Source of the DNA: Candidatus Omnitrophota bacterium
Lineage (GTDB): Bacteria > Omnitrophota > Gorgyraeia > Pluralincolimonadales > Pluralincolimonadaceae
Direction: 5' to 3'
Assembly: GCA_041651455.1 (NCBI GenBank)
Contig: JBAZJG010000008.1
Location: 283 to 64,282, forward strand
Length of the DNA: 64,000 nucleotides
A program made the translations under genes and the position numbers. Each line of letters starts with the position of its first letter. Positions within the stretch are counted from its first letter, which is position 1. Of the stretch, positions 39,040-49,375 are shown in pieces. The notes under the pieces are model-generated. The model searched no databases. It saw only the letters and a program-made list of their open reading frames with translations, and was not told the origin of the DNA.

Positions 39040-39648
39040 TTACTTCTTCTTACCTTTTATGACCTCATCCACAATGCCGTAGGCCTTCGCCTCTTCGGCG
39101 CTGAGGAAATAATCCCTGTCTGTGTCCTTCTTTATCTTCTCGAGCGGCTGGCCTGTATGTTTCGCGAGCAGCTCTTCTATCCTGTCGCGCATCCTCAATA
39201 TCTCTTTCGCCTGGATGCTGATATCTGCGGCAGCGCCCTGCGTGCCGCCCCACGGTTGGTGCATCATTATGCGAGCGTTCGGCAGCGCCAATCTCTTGCC
39301 CTTCGTGCCGGCGGCCAGCAGTATAGCGCCCATCGACGTCGCCTGGCCGATGCAATAGGTGCAGACGTCGGGCTTGACGAACTGCATCGTATCGTAGATC
39401 GCTAGGCCGGCCGTGACCACGCCGCCCGGCGTGTTGATATACATATTTATGTCCTTATCGGGGTCTTCCATCTGCAGGAAGAGCATCTGCGCGATTATGA
39501 GGTTCGCGACGTAATCGTCTATCGGCGTTCCGATGAAGATTATCCTGTCCTTAAGGAGCCTTGAATAGATGTCGTAAGCGCGCTCGCCGCGTCCTGACTG
39601 CTCTACCACCATCGGGACGAGCATCTGCGACCGTTCCCTGTCTGCCAT
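39040..39648 (-). CDS. clpP: ATP-dependent Clp protease proteolytic subunit
   Basis: 202 aa. [19 protein letters not shown], and catalytic Ser/His regions ([17 protein letters not shown]). Confidence 0.95.
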   Translation of the reverse strand: MADRERSQMLVPMVVEQSGRGERAYDIYSRLLKDRIIFIGTPIDDYVANLIIAQMLFLQMEDPDKDINMYINTPGGVVTAGLAIYDTMQFVKPDVCTYCIGQATSMGAILLAAGTKGKRLALPNARIMMHQPWGGTQGAAADISIQAKEILRMRDRIEELLAKHTGQPLEKIKKDTDRDYFLSAEEAKAYGIVDEVIKGKKK

Positions 39649-39651
39649 CTT

Positions 39652-40926
39652 TTAGACCTCCTCTATTTTAGCGTTCGCGACCACGAATTCCATCGCCTTG
39701 TCCTGCGCTATCTCCGCCTTGATGTCTTCCATGAGGTCGTTCTCTTCGAGGTACTTCTTCGCCTCCTCGAAGGTCTTCTTCGCGCGGGTAGCCATCAGGT
39801 CTATGCGCTTGTTGATCTCTTCCTGGCTCGCGGAAAGGTTCTCGGCCTGCGCGATCTTATCGAGGATAAAATACGCCTTTACCCTCTTCGTCGCCTCGTC
39901 GCGGAACTTGTCCTTCATCGCGGCCTCTTCCTTCTGGATATCGTCGACCTTATAGCCCATGTACTGCAGCCTCTGCTGCGCGTCCCTGAGCATATGCGCC
40001 GCTTCGGCGTCCACCATCGAGGACGGAGCCTCAAAGCTCACCGACTTGATCAGCTGGCTCATGAGGTCCTCTTCCGTCTTGAACCTGACCTCCTGTTCCT
40101 TCGCCTTCGTGAGCTCCTCGCGGATGTTGCCGCGCAGCTCGAGCAGCGACTTGAAACCGCCTATATCCTTGGCGAACTCGTCGTCTATCGCAGGGGCGAT
40201 CTTCTCCTTGACCTGGTTTACGGTCACGATAAAGACCGCGGGTTTGCCGGCCTGGTCCTTTTTCGGGTAATTGGCGGGAAGCGTCGTGTTGACCGTCCTC
40301 GTGTCGCCCGGGACCGCGCCGATAAGCTGGCTCATGAACTCGGGCTTTGTAGATTTCGGCGTGAGCGGGAACCAGACGTTCTCGTTCTTCTCGCCCGGTT
40401 TGCCTTCAACGGATATCTCTACATCGCATAAGCACCAGTCGTTCTCTTTCGCCGGGCGCCCCGAGACGTCCTTAAGCTGAGAGTGCCTCTCCTGGAGCTC
40501 CTCTATGACCTTGTCGACGTCCTCGGTCGAGATCTGGGCCTTCTGTTTCGACGACTTGAGCCCTTTGTAATTCTTCAGTTTTATCTCCGGGCGCACGTGC
40601 ACCTCGGCCTTGAACGAGAGCGGCTTGCCCGCCTCGAATATTATATCCGTGACGGAAGGCATGCCTATCGTCTCAATGCCGGCATCCTTGACCGCCTTGA
40701 CGATCGAGTCGCCTATAAGGCGTTTCTTGACCTCGTCGCCGGCCTTCTCCTTGTAATGCGATTCCACGAGGTAGCGCGGCGCCTTGCCGGTCCTGTATCC
40801 CGGGACCTCTGCGTACTTCTCTATCTCGTTATATATTTCGTCGAATTTTTCCTTTATCGTCTCCGCGGGGACCTCTATCTCGAAACCCCTGCGGGAACCA
40901 GCCAATTCCTTGCTTTTTACTTTCAT
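39652..40926 (-). CDS. tig: Trigger factor
   Basis: 424 aa. The N-terminal ribosome-binding domain, a PPIase-like middle and a C-terminal arm; it lies immediately upstream of clpP as in most bacteria. Confidence 0.95.
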   Translation of the reverse strand: MKVKSKELAGSRRGFEIEVPAETIKEKFDEIYNEIEKYAEVPGYRTGKAPRYLVESHYKEKAGDEVKKRLIGDSIVKAVKDAGIETIGMPSVTDIIFEAGKPLSFKAEVHVRPEIKLKNYKGLKSSKQKAQISTEDVDKVIEELQERHSQLKDVSGRPAKENDWCLCDVEISVEGKPGEKNENVWFPLTPKSTKPEFMSQLIGAVPGDTRTVNTTLPANYPKKDQAGKPAVFIVTVNQVKEKIAPAIDDEFAKDIGGFKSLLELRGNIREELTKAKEQEVRFKTEEDLMSQLIKSVSFEAPSSMVDAEAAHMLRDAQQRLQYMGYKVDDIQKEEAAMKDKFRDEATKRVKAYFILDKIAQAENLSASQEEINKRIDLMATRAKKTFEEAKKYLEENDLMEDIKAEIAQDKAMEFVVANAKIEEV

Positions 40927-40937
40927 AGTGATAAGCT

Positions 40938-41489
40938 TCAGGCCTTTATGAGCCCGAAGTCCCCGTCCTTTCTCTTATAGACCACTTCTACTTTGTTGTC
41001 ATCGGCGTTCCTGAACACGATGAACTCGCCGTTAGATATTTTGAGCTCCTCTACCGCTTCCTCGACCGACATCGGCTTTTCGGCGACGCGTTTCGTCTCA
41101 ACTATCCTGGGCCCGGCGGCGGGCTTCTCGCCCTTCCAGTAATCCTTGATGCCCCAGATCCTCGTCGCGATCTCCTTTATCCTGCCGGATGAATTCCTGA
41201 CCCTGTGCTCCTTTACCTTGTCGTGCAGCTTATGCAGCTGGTTGTCGAGGGAATCTATCGCCTTGTCTATAGACGCGTACATGTCGGTGGTCGTCTCGGT
41301 CGCGGTGAACTTCATGTGCTTTCCGATGACGGTCATTTCCGCGATGTGGCGGAACTTCGATACCTCAAGAATGACATGCGCCTCGAGGATGTTCTGGTGG
41401 AACTGGTTCAGCTTCGCTATCTTGTCGTTGATATGCGACTTCATGCCTTCCGTTACGTCGAAATGCCTTCCTGTAATTACAACTTGCAT
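40938..41489 (-). CDS. hpf: Ribosome hibernation promoting factor (long form)
   Basis: 183 aa. MQVVITGRHFDVTEGMKSHINDKIAKL (sigma54-modulation / RaiA fold) plus a C-terminal dimerisation extension. Confidence 0.9.
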   Translation of the reverse strand: MQVVITGRHFDVTEGMKSHINDKIAKLNQFHQNILEAHVILEVSKFRHIAEMTVIGKHMKFTATETTTDMYASIDKAIDSLDNQLHKLHDKVKEHRVRNSSGRIKEIATRIWGIKDYWKGEKPAAGPRIVETKRVAEKPMSVEEAVEELKISNGEFIVFRNADDNKVEVVYKRKDGDFGLIKA

Positions 41490-41501
41490 TGCGAACCTCC
41501 T

Positions 41502-42224
41502 TTACATGCGAAACTTCTCTCCCAAATATATCTGCCTCGACTTCGGGTCGGAGATAAGCTCTTCGGCCGTGCCCGATATCAGCACTTTCCCGTCGGCCAT
41601 GATATAAGACCTGTCGGTTATCGAAAGTGTCTCCCTGACGTTATGGTCTGTCAAAAGTATTCCGAGCCCCTTGTCCTTCAGGGAGCATATTATCTCCTGG
41701 CATTCCGCGACCGCTATAGGGTCGATGCCCGAGAAGGGCTCGTCGAACAATACGAACAGCGGCTCCGTCACGAGCGCGCGTGTAATCTCGAGGCGCCTGC
41801 GTTCGCCGCCTGAGAGGGTATAAGCGTAATTCTTCGCGAGATGCGATATCCTGAGTTCCCCGAGAAGCATCTCGAGCCTCTTCCTGCGCTCCTTCTTCGA
41901 GATCTTCAGCGTCTCGAGTATCGCCATGATATTCTCTTCGACGGTCAGCTTCCTGAATATAGACGGCTCCTGCGCAAGGTATCCGATGCCGCAACGGGCC
42001 CTCCTATGCATCGGGAGGTTCGTGATATCCTGGTTATCGAAGATGACCTCGCCCTTGTCCGGCTCGATCAGGCCGGTTATCATGTAGAACGTCGTCGTCT
42101 TCCCTGCGCCGTTCGGGCCCAAAAGCCCGACGATCTCGCCGCGCTTGACGGATATGTCCACCCCGTCCACAACGCGACGGCGGTTATACGTCTTCTGCAG
42201 GCCCTTCGTCTCGAGCAGGTGCAT
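41502..42224 (-). CDS. lptB: LPS export ABC transporter ATP-binding protein
   Basis: 240 aa. Walker [20 protein letters not shown] signature, and the neighbouring OstA-like gene. Confidence 0.9.
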   Translation of the reverse strand: MHLLETKGLQKTYNRRRVVDGVDISVKRGEIVGLLGPNGAGKTTTFYMITGLIEPDKGEVIFDNQDITNLPMHRRARCGIGYLAQEPSIFRKLTVEENIMAILETLKISKKERRKRLEMLLGELRISHLAKNYAYTLSGGERRRLEITRALVTEPLFVLFDEPFSGIDPIAVAECQEIICSLKDKGLGILLTDHNVRETLSITDRSYIMADGKVLISGTAEELISDPKSRQIYLGEKFRM

Positions 42225-43019
42225 CTAGAATACCTCTTTTGAAGCTGCCTTCGATTCTTCCGGATAGATGGTGACCTTCGGCGAGCCGCTCAATATTACC
42301 TTCTGCTCCGCCGCGAGGTATACGGCCTCGTCGCTGAATGTCCAGCTTCCGCCGCGGACTATCTTCACGTTGCCCTTCGCGACTATCCTCGAGACCTTCT
42401 TCGTACCCGAATCGTAATATGCCGTGGCGGTATCGCAGAATATCTGGCCGCGCTCGTCGTCGACCCTGACATTCGTATTGAAGACCGCGTAGTTCTTGCC
42501 GTAATCTATCTCCATCGGGCCGTCGCAGACGATCGTCGTCGGGACCTTCTGCTCCGTGCCGTCCTCTTTCTTCTCGACGTTCTCGGCGAAAAGCTTTACC
42601 GGCTTGTCAGTGACTATCTTCTGGTCCGCGTTCTTCCAGTCGACTTCGTCGGTCATCATCTTCGTGCCGTCGGTGCCGGAGACCACGACGTTCGACTCGA
42701 AATGCGCGTCGCTCGTGTTCCTGTTAAACACTCCCTTATCCGCGGTCAGCGTCATGTCTACTTCTTCGCCGTATGCCTTGGCGACGACATCCGTCAGGTT
42801 CACGACTTCCGTCATGATGTCCGCGGACTTGCCCTGGACTTCCCACTTCTTCCTGCCGCTCTTCTCGTACCCGGCGAGGGAGAAAGCCATGACCTGCTGG
42901 TCGGTCGACAGCGACATCGGTTCTTCCGCCGGCGGATTTGCGGGCTTGTCGCTGCGCACCGCGCAGCCGTTGAACGACAGCGCTATAAGCAGCGCGGCTA
43001 TAAACTTATTCAATCTCAT
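42225..43019 (-). CDS. OstA-like periplasmic LPS-transport protein (LptA/LptC family, lipoprotein variant)
   Basis: 264 aa. Signal plus lipobox (SFNGCA), and a beta-jellyroll-like repeating pattern. Directly upstream of lptB, with adjacent stop and start codons. Confidence 0.5.
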   Translation of the reverse strand: MRLNKFIAALLIALSFNGCAVRSDKPANPPAEEPMSLSTDQQVMAFSLAGYEKSGRKKWEVQGKSADIMTEVVNLTDVVAKAYGEEVDMTLTADKGVFNRNTSDAHFESNVVVSGTDGTKMMTDEVDWKNADQKIVTDKPVKLFAENVEKKEDGTEQKVPTTIVCDGPMEIDYGKNYAVFNTNVRVDDERGQIFCDTATAYYDSGTKKVSRIVAKGNVKIVRGGSWTFSDEAVYLAAEQKVILSGSPKVTIYPEESKAASKEVF

Positions 43020-43902
43020 CTTGAGTTTTCCACCTTTCGTGGAACCAGACCCACTGTGACGGGTATTTCCTGATATACGATTCTATGACCTTCGACCATT
43101 TCTGCGTGTTGGCCATTATATCAGCGTCCTTGTTACCTGTTATTTCGAGCTCAAGCGGTTCCTCCACGTGGATAGTATGCACGCCTTTCTCGCGGACGAT
43201 GAACATGGGTATTATCGGCACCGCGGTCGCGAGTGCCAGTATCACCGGCGCCGTAGGCGTGAACGCCTTGCGCCCGAAGAAATCCACGAAGACGCCGTCG
43301 AGCGACGATATATCCTGGTCCGCGAGTATCGCTATCGACTGGCCTTCCTTTAGCAGCCTCAATATCGCCTTTGCCGACTCGTCCCGCATTATGACGTTCA
43401 CGCCGAGCCCCCTGCGCAGGCCGTTGACCCACGCATCATACTTCTCGTAACGGAGCTTGCGCGCGAGGACGTTTACCGGGTATCTCTTCAGGCCGAAATA
43501 GCCCGCGAGGAGCTCCCAGTTGCCGAAATGCGCCGACAGGACGATGAATCCCCTTTTTTGAGAAAGAGCCTTATCGACTATGTCGAGGCCTTTTATCTTT
43601 ACGTATCTGTCTATGTTCTTTGGGGTGAACTTTGAGGAATTCAGCATCTCGAAAAGGTTCTCGCCGAGATTCCTGAATACCCCCCTTGCTATAACCCGTA
43701 TTTCAGCGCCGGACTTCTCTTTCCCGAAGGCAAACTTCAGGTTCTCTATGGCCTTTTTCCTGGGGGCGGCGGCCAAAAAAAAGGCGCATTCCCCCATCCG
43801 TCTGCCTATAAACCTGTTAATTTTAATCGGAAAGAGAAGCGAGATAAAACTGGCTGTCTTTAGAAGGTAATAAAGATACCTTCTCCTGATCCTATGCTTC
43901 AC
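43006..43902 (-). CDS. Lipid A biosynthesis lauroyl/myristoyl acyltransferase (LpxL/LpxM family)
   Basis: 298 aa. N-terminal TM segment, HFGNWELL (HX4D-like acyltransferase motif), and LPLAT fold features. Confidence 0.8.
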   Translation of the reverse strand: MKHRIRRRYLYYLLKTASFISLLFPIKINRFIGRRMGECAFFLAAAPRKKAIENLKFAFGKEKSGAEIRVIARGVFRNLGENLFEMLNSSKFTPKNIDRYVKIKGLDIVDKALSQKRGFIVLSAHFGNWELLAGYFGLKRYPVNVLARKLRYEKYDAWVNGLRRGLGVNVIMRDESAKAILRLLKEGQSIAILADQDISSLDGVFVDFFGRKAFTPTAPVILALATAVPIIPMFIVREKGVHTIHVEEPLELEITGNKDADIMANTQKWSKVIESYIRKYPSQWVWFHERWKTQDEIE

Positions 43903-43942
43903 AACGCGTTATGATAGCAGAAGATACCCGCCAAGTCAAGCG

Positions 43943-44362
43943 TTAACGCCCGACCCTGAGGGTCCTGAGCTCGTCGCCGACCTTAAGCAGGACCGTATCC
44001 TTGTTTATCTCCAGGACCTTCGCACCGGATATCTCGTCGCCGACCTTTAGCATCTTTCCGTCAATGAGGCATACGGGCTTCTTCGCGTCCCAGAAGATCC
44101 CGGACAGGGAAAGGTCCCCGGTCGCCTGTACCGGCACGCTGCCTACAGCGAACGGGTCCCTGCCCCACGACGGGAAGGAGCTTTTGCCGGGTTCGGTAAC
44201 AGCCGCAGGCCTGTTTGCGGGTGCGGCAACGGCGGCGCCTGCCCCCTTGCTTTGAGCCGCTTTCCTGGACGACCTCGATTTCATGACCGCGGCGAAAAAG
44301 AACACGACGAAGGCAATTATGACCGCCGCAAGTATCATGAGTTGCCGTTTATTTTTGTCCAC
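43943..44362 (-). CDS. PilP-like / GspC-like small pilus-assembly protein
   Basis: 139 aa. N-terminal TM segment, an Ala/Pro-rich linker, and a C-terminal beta-domain (LSGIFWDAKKPVCLIDGKMLKVGDEISGAKVLEINKDTVLL). It is the last gene of the pilM-N-O cluster. Confidence 0.4.
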   Translation of the reverse strand: MDKNKRQLMILAAVIIAFVVFFFAAVMKSRSSRKAAQSKGAGAAVAAPANRPAAVTEPGKSSFPSWGRDPFAVGSVPVQATGDLSLSGIFWDAKKPVCLIDGKMLKVGDEISGAKVLEINKDTVLLKVGDELRTLRVGR

Positions 44363-44957
44363 TGTCTTCCTCTATGGAATATACGGAGACCGTCATACGG
44401 ACCTTCAGCTTGGGGAAGATCCTTTCGTCCTTCGATATCTGAACGTTGTCGACGGTCGCGAACCCGCTCTCAAGGTTGTCCACGGCATGCAGGTACTCGC
44501 CGATGCTCTTGAACGAGGCGCGCATGTCTATGCCTATCGGGAGCACCGAATACCGGAACCCGTCCGCCGACTGGCGCGAACCCGGCGTGGCACTCCTCTC
44601 TTCCTGCGGGTCTATCGTTATGAATTCGATATTCAGCGCCTTGCCCTTCCTCGTCAATTCGTCTATTACCGCCGACGTGTTGCTCCTGGACGGCAATTTC
44701 CTCTTCAGGACGGCGGATTCCGCTTCTATGCCCGTTTTGTCTATCTTATATGCGGCGCTCTGCTTTATCCTGCTTTCCGCGAGCGTCGCCTCCATCTGCT
44801 TCCATTCCTTCTTCTTGGAAATTATCTTCTTTTGCGTCGGGGAGATGACCAGCGCAAAGACCGCGGCAAAAACCATGATGCCGGCCGCAGACATCGCGAT
44901 GGCCTTCTTCCGTGCCAGTAATCCGGAAGGCAGTGTTATCCTGTTTAAAATTCGCAT
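44349..44957 (-). CDS. Type IV pilus assembly protein PilO-like
   Basis: 202 aa. N-terminal TM segment, a coiled coil, then a ferredoxin-like periplasmic domain. Its position after the PilM-N gene supports the call. Confidence 0.6.
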   Translation of the reverse strand: MRILNRITLPSGLLARKKAIAMSAAGIMVFAAVFALVISPTQKKIISKKKEWKQMEATLAESRIKQSAAYKIDKTGIEAESAVLKRKLPSRSNTSAVIDELTRKGKALNIEFITIDPQEERSATPGSRQSADGFRYSVLPIGIDMRASFKSIGEYLHAVDNLESGFATVDNVQISKDERIFPKLKVRMTVSVYSIEEDSGQK

Positions 44958-46528
44958 TTTATCTCGAACTCCGCCTTGGTCTTCGAATCTTCGCTCATCC
45001 TCGCGTTTATAAGCGTCGTCTCGCTGAACAACCCGCCTTCCAGCGCCGTAATGATGGCGGAAAGGGCCTCCTCGCGGTTGGTCGCTTCCCCGCGTATCTC
45101 GCCCTTTATGATGAGGTCCTTATCGTCTATCCTTATGCCCGTAAGCACCGCTTCGCCCGGTATCTTGTTGCTGAGCTCTTTGAGCACTTCCTTCAGCGGC
45201 GGCTCCTCTGACAGCATCTTTGCCATGAAATCCTTCTTCCTGTCGTTATCCTGCCTGATGCGCTCGTAGTTGAGCGCTATCTGTATCTGCGGCCTCATCG
45301 CATCGAGCTCCTTCTCGCCGTATTTGATCTTCTTTTCGTAGCTCGACAGGCGCATCTGCTGGCCTACAAAACCGAGGACGAGCAGGACCACCGCCGCGAC
45401 CACGGCCGATTCGACCGCCGCTTTCCCGAAGGTCCGCGCGGTCTTATGCCGGATCTCTGAAGGCAGCAGGTTTATGCCTTTCCCTTCGCTTAATGCCGCG
45501 CCGACCGCGTCGGCAAACACCTGCGGCTCCGCGCCGGGCACGGCCGCATCATTCGCCAGCTTCATCCCCTTGAACGGGTCGCCGACAGATACGGGCATAT
45601 CCAGCGTATCCTGCAGGAAATGAGCGAGCCCCTTCAGCGAAGCTCCCCCGCCTACGAGCACTACGGATTTTACCTTGTCGCCGAGCGAACCGTCGCTGTA
45701 ATATTCGAAAGAGCGTTCTATCTCCTGGACAAGCCGCTCGGTGGCCGGCCTTATGAGCGACAGCAGCTGCTGGCTGTTTATCTTCCCGTCCAGCAGGTCG
45801 GTGCCCGGCATCGGCGGTATCCCGTGCTTTATCTTGAGCTTCTCCGCCTCTTCGTAACCGAGTTCCACGCGGCCCTGTTCCGTTACCAGCACGGAAGTGA
45901 TCGCCTTCGTTATCGCGATGCCTCCGGACCCTATCTTCCTGTGGAATTTCAGCGAACCGTCCCTGAAGATGCTTATTCCCGTCGATTCCGCTCCGATATC
46001 TATGACAGCCGCCGCTGACGCGCCTGTTATGCCGAGGCGTTGCGCGACATTCTCTATCGCGAGCGGAGGTTCTGTTATCGCGACCGGCTCTACGCCCGCT
46101 TCCGCCATAAGCGCGGTCATCTCGTCTACGAACTTCTTCGGGGACGCGACGAACTTCACGCGCAATTTTTTCAGGCCGTCCCCGCCCGACTCTTCCTGCG
46201 TCTCGTAGCCGATGACCGCCTCTTCGAGCGGGTATGATACCTTATCCTTAGCTTCCCACTTTATCGCTTCCCCGAGTTCCTTATCCGGCATGACGGGGAT
46301 AGTGAAGTAACGAAGGCAGGATGTCGGACAGTCCACGATGCCTATTGCCTTAGCGCCTTTGACCTGCATGCCCGCAAGCGCCTTACCAAGGCCCGCGGAC
46401 CTCGGTACTACATTCGCTTTCCTTACGACCGGCCCCCCGGAGGCGTCGAGATCGATCTCGACGGCCTTTATGAAGGAACTGCCGATATCTATTCCGAGGA
46501 ATACGCTCTTTTGCCCCATATTCATCAC
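44945..46528 (-). CDS. PilM-PilN fusion protein (actin-like pilus assembly ATPase fused to a PilN membrane domain)
   Basis: 527 aa. Residues 1-350 have the PilM/FtsA-like fold (FLGIDIGSSFIKAVE; VIDIGAESTGISIF). Then comes a TM segment (AVVAAVVLLVLGFVG) and a PilN-like periplasmic domain. Confidence 0.8.
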   Translation of the reverse strand: MMNMGQKSVFLGIDIGSSFIKAVEIDLDASGGPVVRKANVVPRSAGLGKALAGMQVKGAKAIGIVDCPTSCLRYFTIPVMPDKELGEAIKWEAKDKVSYPLEEAVIGYETQEESGGDGLKKLRVKFVASPKKFVDEMTALMAEAGVEPVAITEPPLAIENVAQRLGITGASAAAVIDIGAESTGISIFRDGSLKFHRKIGSGGIAITKAITSVLVTEQGRVELGYEEAEKLKIKHGIPPMPGTDLLDGKINSQQLLSLIRPATERLVQEIERSFEYYSDGSLGDKVKSVVLVGGGASLKGLAHFLQDTLDMPVSVGDPFKGMKLANDAAVPGAEPQVFADAVGAALSEGKGINLLPSEIRHKTARTFGKAAVESAVVAAVVLLVLGFVGQQMRLSSYEKKIKYGEKELDAMRPQIQIALNYERIRQDNDRKKDFMAKMLSEEPPLKEVLKELSNKIPGEAVLTGIRIDDKDLIIKGEIRGEATNREEALSAIITALEGGLFSETTLINARMSEDSKTKAEFEIKCEF

Positions 46529-48036
46529 TCGTAATTTTCCCTGCGATGGCCTATCGCCGTCGTGTCGCCAGTATAATTATAGAATGTCCTTATGTTTCCC
46601 GTGTCGCGCGGGTCGTCTTTTACCTTCACCGTAACCCTGAAATCGGTCCCGAGCGACCTACCTACAGATTGTACCTCAAAAGCCTGTGTCGCGTAACAAA
46701 ATTCTGCGGCCGGGTTCGTATATGAGGCCGATCCGCTGACGGGTATAAGAGACGACGCGTCGGCGGTATCAAGGACCCTGTCGCGCTCGTCCGGATTGCC
46801 GGATGTGCTCAGGTAGGCGCGCGTAGTAATGAGACCGTAGAGGTCGGTCGTCACGGAGGTATCCCAATGGTAGAAACACGTGAACGGCGAGACGGCCCTG
46901 GCGTTTATTATATCGGTAGCCAGGCTCGCGGCGTCGGTCCCTCCGAGAGACAGGTTGTCGAAAACGGCTTCAAGCACCTCGCGCGGTGCGGTATTTATGT
47001 TTATCGGCGCGCGCGAGGCCGTGCCGGCCGTCGGAGGCCTGTATGAATACGGATTTATATAGGAATACACCGTTATATAATCCCTTATCGCGTCATATAT
47101 CGCCTGCGTCATGCCGGTTACCCGCTGGACTTCCTCTATTGAATCGAACGGGTTCGTCAGCGCCGCGCCGCGGTAATTTACTATATTGGTCGCCACAGTA
47201 TTCGCTGTGCCGCTCGCGACACCCCGTTCTTCCATCAGGTATCTCAGCAATCCCTGCGTAGCGTAATTTAAGTGGACCTTGCCCGATTCATCGGCGATAG
47301 ACACGGACTGGATGTCCCCGTTGCCCAGGGTAACGGGAAAACTCGCGTAGGAGCCGTTAAACCACGTCTCTGTGTTGGTGTCTATCTCGTACTCGACCCT
47401 TATCCAGAGCGCGTCAAGGTTCATGTTCCTGTTCCCGGAGGTCCTTACGGCGCGAAGCCTGAAGTTCGGGCTCATGATCTGCTGCCATGTGAGGCTTCCC
47501 GTTATATCCGCGGAATAATTCACGAGCGTAGTGCTGTTCGGCAGGGCCTGCGTCATGACCGTCGTATATACCGAGCCGTCGGTGGTATATGAGACCTGCA
47601 TAGTGGCGCCGGTGCCCCCGGTAGCCCTGCTGGCCCTCGCGAACAGCGCCACCGAAACGATGCGCGCCTGTGTATAGTTCGAATCGAAGGTCCTGATTAT
47701 CGCCTGGTCATTGTTATTATTCAAAGTGGAGTTGCTATTGTCTATATACGACAACCGCGACGCGCTCCCTACGCTGACGCACAACGAAGTGTCCGCGCCG
47801 CGGAGGTCCGCCTCACCCGTCTGTGTAGAGGTAAGGTAGTCCGCGCGCAACTGCCTGATAGCCCTGTCTACGCCGGCGTCCGCCAGGTGCAATAACCTGT
47901 AATCATTCGCGCCGAATACGGTATCGCGTATCTCATGCGACGCGATGAACATGAGCCCCGCGACAAAGAGGCTCATGGATACCATCAGCAGGAATACGAG
48001 TATCAGCAGCGATCCTGCGCCGCGTGTATTTCGCAT
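46525..48036 (-). CDS. GspK-like minor pseudopilin (long variant)
   Basis: 503 aa. N-terminal hydrophobic segment, and the GspK hallmark ININTAPREVLEAVF (HhH-like). A central Asn/Thr-rich insertion makes it much longer than typical GspK. Confidence 0.65.
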   Translation of the reverse strand: MRNTRGAGSLLILVFLLMVSMSLFVAGLMFIASHEIRDTVFGANDYRLLHLADAGVDRAIRQLRADYLTSTQTGEADLRGADTSLCVSVGSASRLSYIDNSNSTLNNNNDQAIIRTFDSNYTQARIVSVALFARASRATGGTGATMQVSYTTDGSVYTTVMTQALPNSTTLVNYSADITGSLTWQQIMSPNFRLRAVRTSGNRNMNLDALWIRVEYEIDTNTETWFNGSYASFPVTLGNGDIQSVSIADESGKVHLNYATQGLLRYLMEERGVASGTANTVATNIVNYRGAALTNPFDSIEEVQRVTGMTQAIYDAIRDYITVYSYINPYSYRPPTAGTASRAPININTAPREVLEAVFDNLSLGGTDAASLATDIINARAVSPFTCFYHWDTSVTTDLYGLITTRAYLSTSGNPDERDRVLDTADASSLIPVSGSASYTNPAAEFCYATQAFEVQSVGRSLGTDFRVTVKVKDDPRDTGNIRTFYNYTGDTTAIGHRRENYE

Positions 48037-48039
48037 CTG

Positions 48040-48579
48040 TCAGAGATTCCTTAATTTTACCTTCGAGCGCAGTGTAAAAGTCTCGTCGCCGTCGCTGACC
48101 GTTATCGTGACCGCGACCGCCCTGACCTGGGATGCCGTGACCGGGAATGCAAGCAGGTTATCGTTAGTATCGTAATACGAGAACGCTATCGAATCGACGG
48201 AATTCACGACGGCGTCCGTGGAATTCACGGCCGGGACCGTGGATGTGAAGGTCCTGTTCAGCGGATCCCCGGCCGTATTGTCCCACGCGTATTGTATCGT
48301 CTCTTCCGCGCCGTTGCCGTCATAGTCCGCCGTAAACCTGATGCTGCGCTCGAGCGCCTGTCCCGATACTACGGAGGTCGCGCGACGGAGTTCCGCGGAG
48401 AGCGAGGCCAGAGTCCTTGAGGCCTCCCCCTTTATCCCCGTGCGTTTCCATTGCGAATACGAGACGTCGAAACCGAAATTATAGACCATCACGACCGCGC
48501 CGAGCAGCGCAGCCACAAGGAACGCCGATATTACGAGCTCAATTACAGTGAACCCGCGCCTTTTATATGTCCGAAACAT
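48040..48579 (-). CDS. Pseudopilin (GspJ-like) with a class III prepilin signal
   Basis: 179 aa. KRRGFTVIELVISAFLVAALLG prepilin leader with a G/F cleavage site and Glu+5. Confidence 0.65.
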   Translation of the reverse strand: MFRTYKRRGFTVIELVISAFLVAALLGAVVMVYNFGFDVSYSQWKRTGIKGEASRTLASLSAELRRATSVVSGQALERSIRFTADYDGNGAEETIQYAWDNTAGDPLNRTFTSTVPAVNSTDAVVNSVDSIAFSYYDTNDNLLAFPVTASQVRAVAVTITVSDGDETFTLRSKVKLRNL

Positions 48580-48940
48580 ATGTCACCAGGCTGAAACTCA
48601 ATTCATCCGATTTCGACTGCCAATAGACGGTAACGTTGACCTGCTTCAAGCTTGCCATCGGGGTCGTAACTACTACTTCCCTCTCGAATGACGTGAAACC
48701 GTCGACCGGAGCGCGGGCCTCGCCCGTAACGGATGCGTATGCCGTGTTCCTTATGTCCTCCATACGCTCCTGCGCAAGGTTCGCGGCCACGAGCTCCTGT
48801 TCGCTGCCGCCGGTGACAAAAAGCCCCGTCACGACCGCCTGTGACAGGGCTATGAAACCGCCGACCATAAGGACAACGGCCAGCAGGACTTCAAGAAGCG
48901 TGAAGCCTTTTCTGTTGCGCACGTTAGGGCTGGGTATCAC
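48563..48940 (-). CDS. Pseudopilin (GspI-like) with a class III prepilin signal
   Basis: 125 aa. NRKGFTLLEVLLAVVLMV prepilin N-terminus. Confidence 0.65.
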   Translation of the reverse strand: MIPSPNVRNRKGFTLLEVLLAVVLMVGGFIALSQAVVTGLFVTGGSEQELVAANLAQERMEDIRNTAYASVTGEARAPVDGFTSFEREVVVTTPMASLKQVNVTVYWQSKSDELSFSLVTYVSDI

Positions 48941-49358
48941 GCCCCGCGTTCGATACGTATATGCAGCTCGTCCCGTTCGTCTCCGTTATGACGCCGGTAT
49001 TAGCCACCGAAGCGCTTCCGTTCCCGCCGGTTCCGACGGAATAGAGGACATAATACCTGCCATCCGGGGACTGCGCGTAACCGTAATCGTTTCCGACGTT
49101 GAACGGGTCTTCGGGAAGCGTCGCATCGACGATCTGCGGGGTCGCGGTCGTAAGGTTCGAAAGCGCGGCAGGATAAGTGTTGTTGTTATGCATGTAATAG
49201 CTCTCTACGGCCGCCTGCAGCGTGACGAGTTCGCCCTTTGCCTTCGCAACATTGCCTTCCTCCTGCATGCCGCGGAACCTCGGCAAGGCTATCCCGATAA
49301 GTATCGCGATAACCATGATGACTATCAACAACTCAATAAGCGTGAAACCTTTCCTCAT
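48924..49358 (-). CDS. Major pseudopilin / type IV pilin (GspG/PilA-like)
   Basis: 144 aa. MRKGFTLIELLIVIMVIAILIGIALP is the canonical N-methylation motif. Confidence 0.75.
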   Translation of the reverse strand: MRKGFTLIELLIVIMVIAILIGIALPRFRGMQEEGNVAKAKGELVTLQAAVESYYMHNNNTYPAALSNLTTATPQIVDATLPEDPFNVGNDYGYAQSPDGRYYVLYSVGTGGNGSASVANTGVITETNGTSCIYVSNAGRDTQP

Positions 49359-49375
49359 CTTACTCCTCCTTTTTG

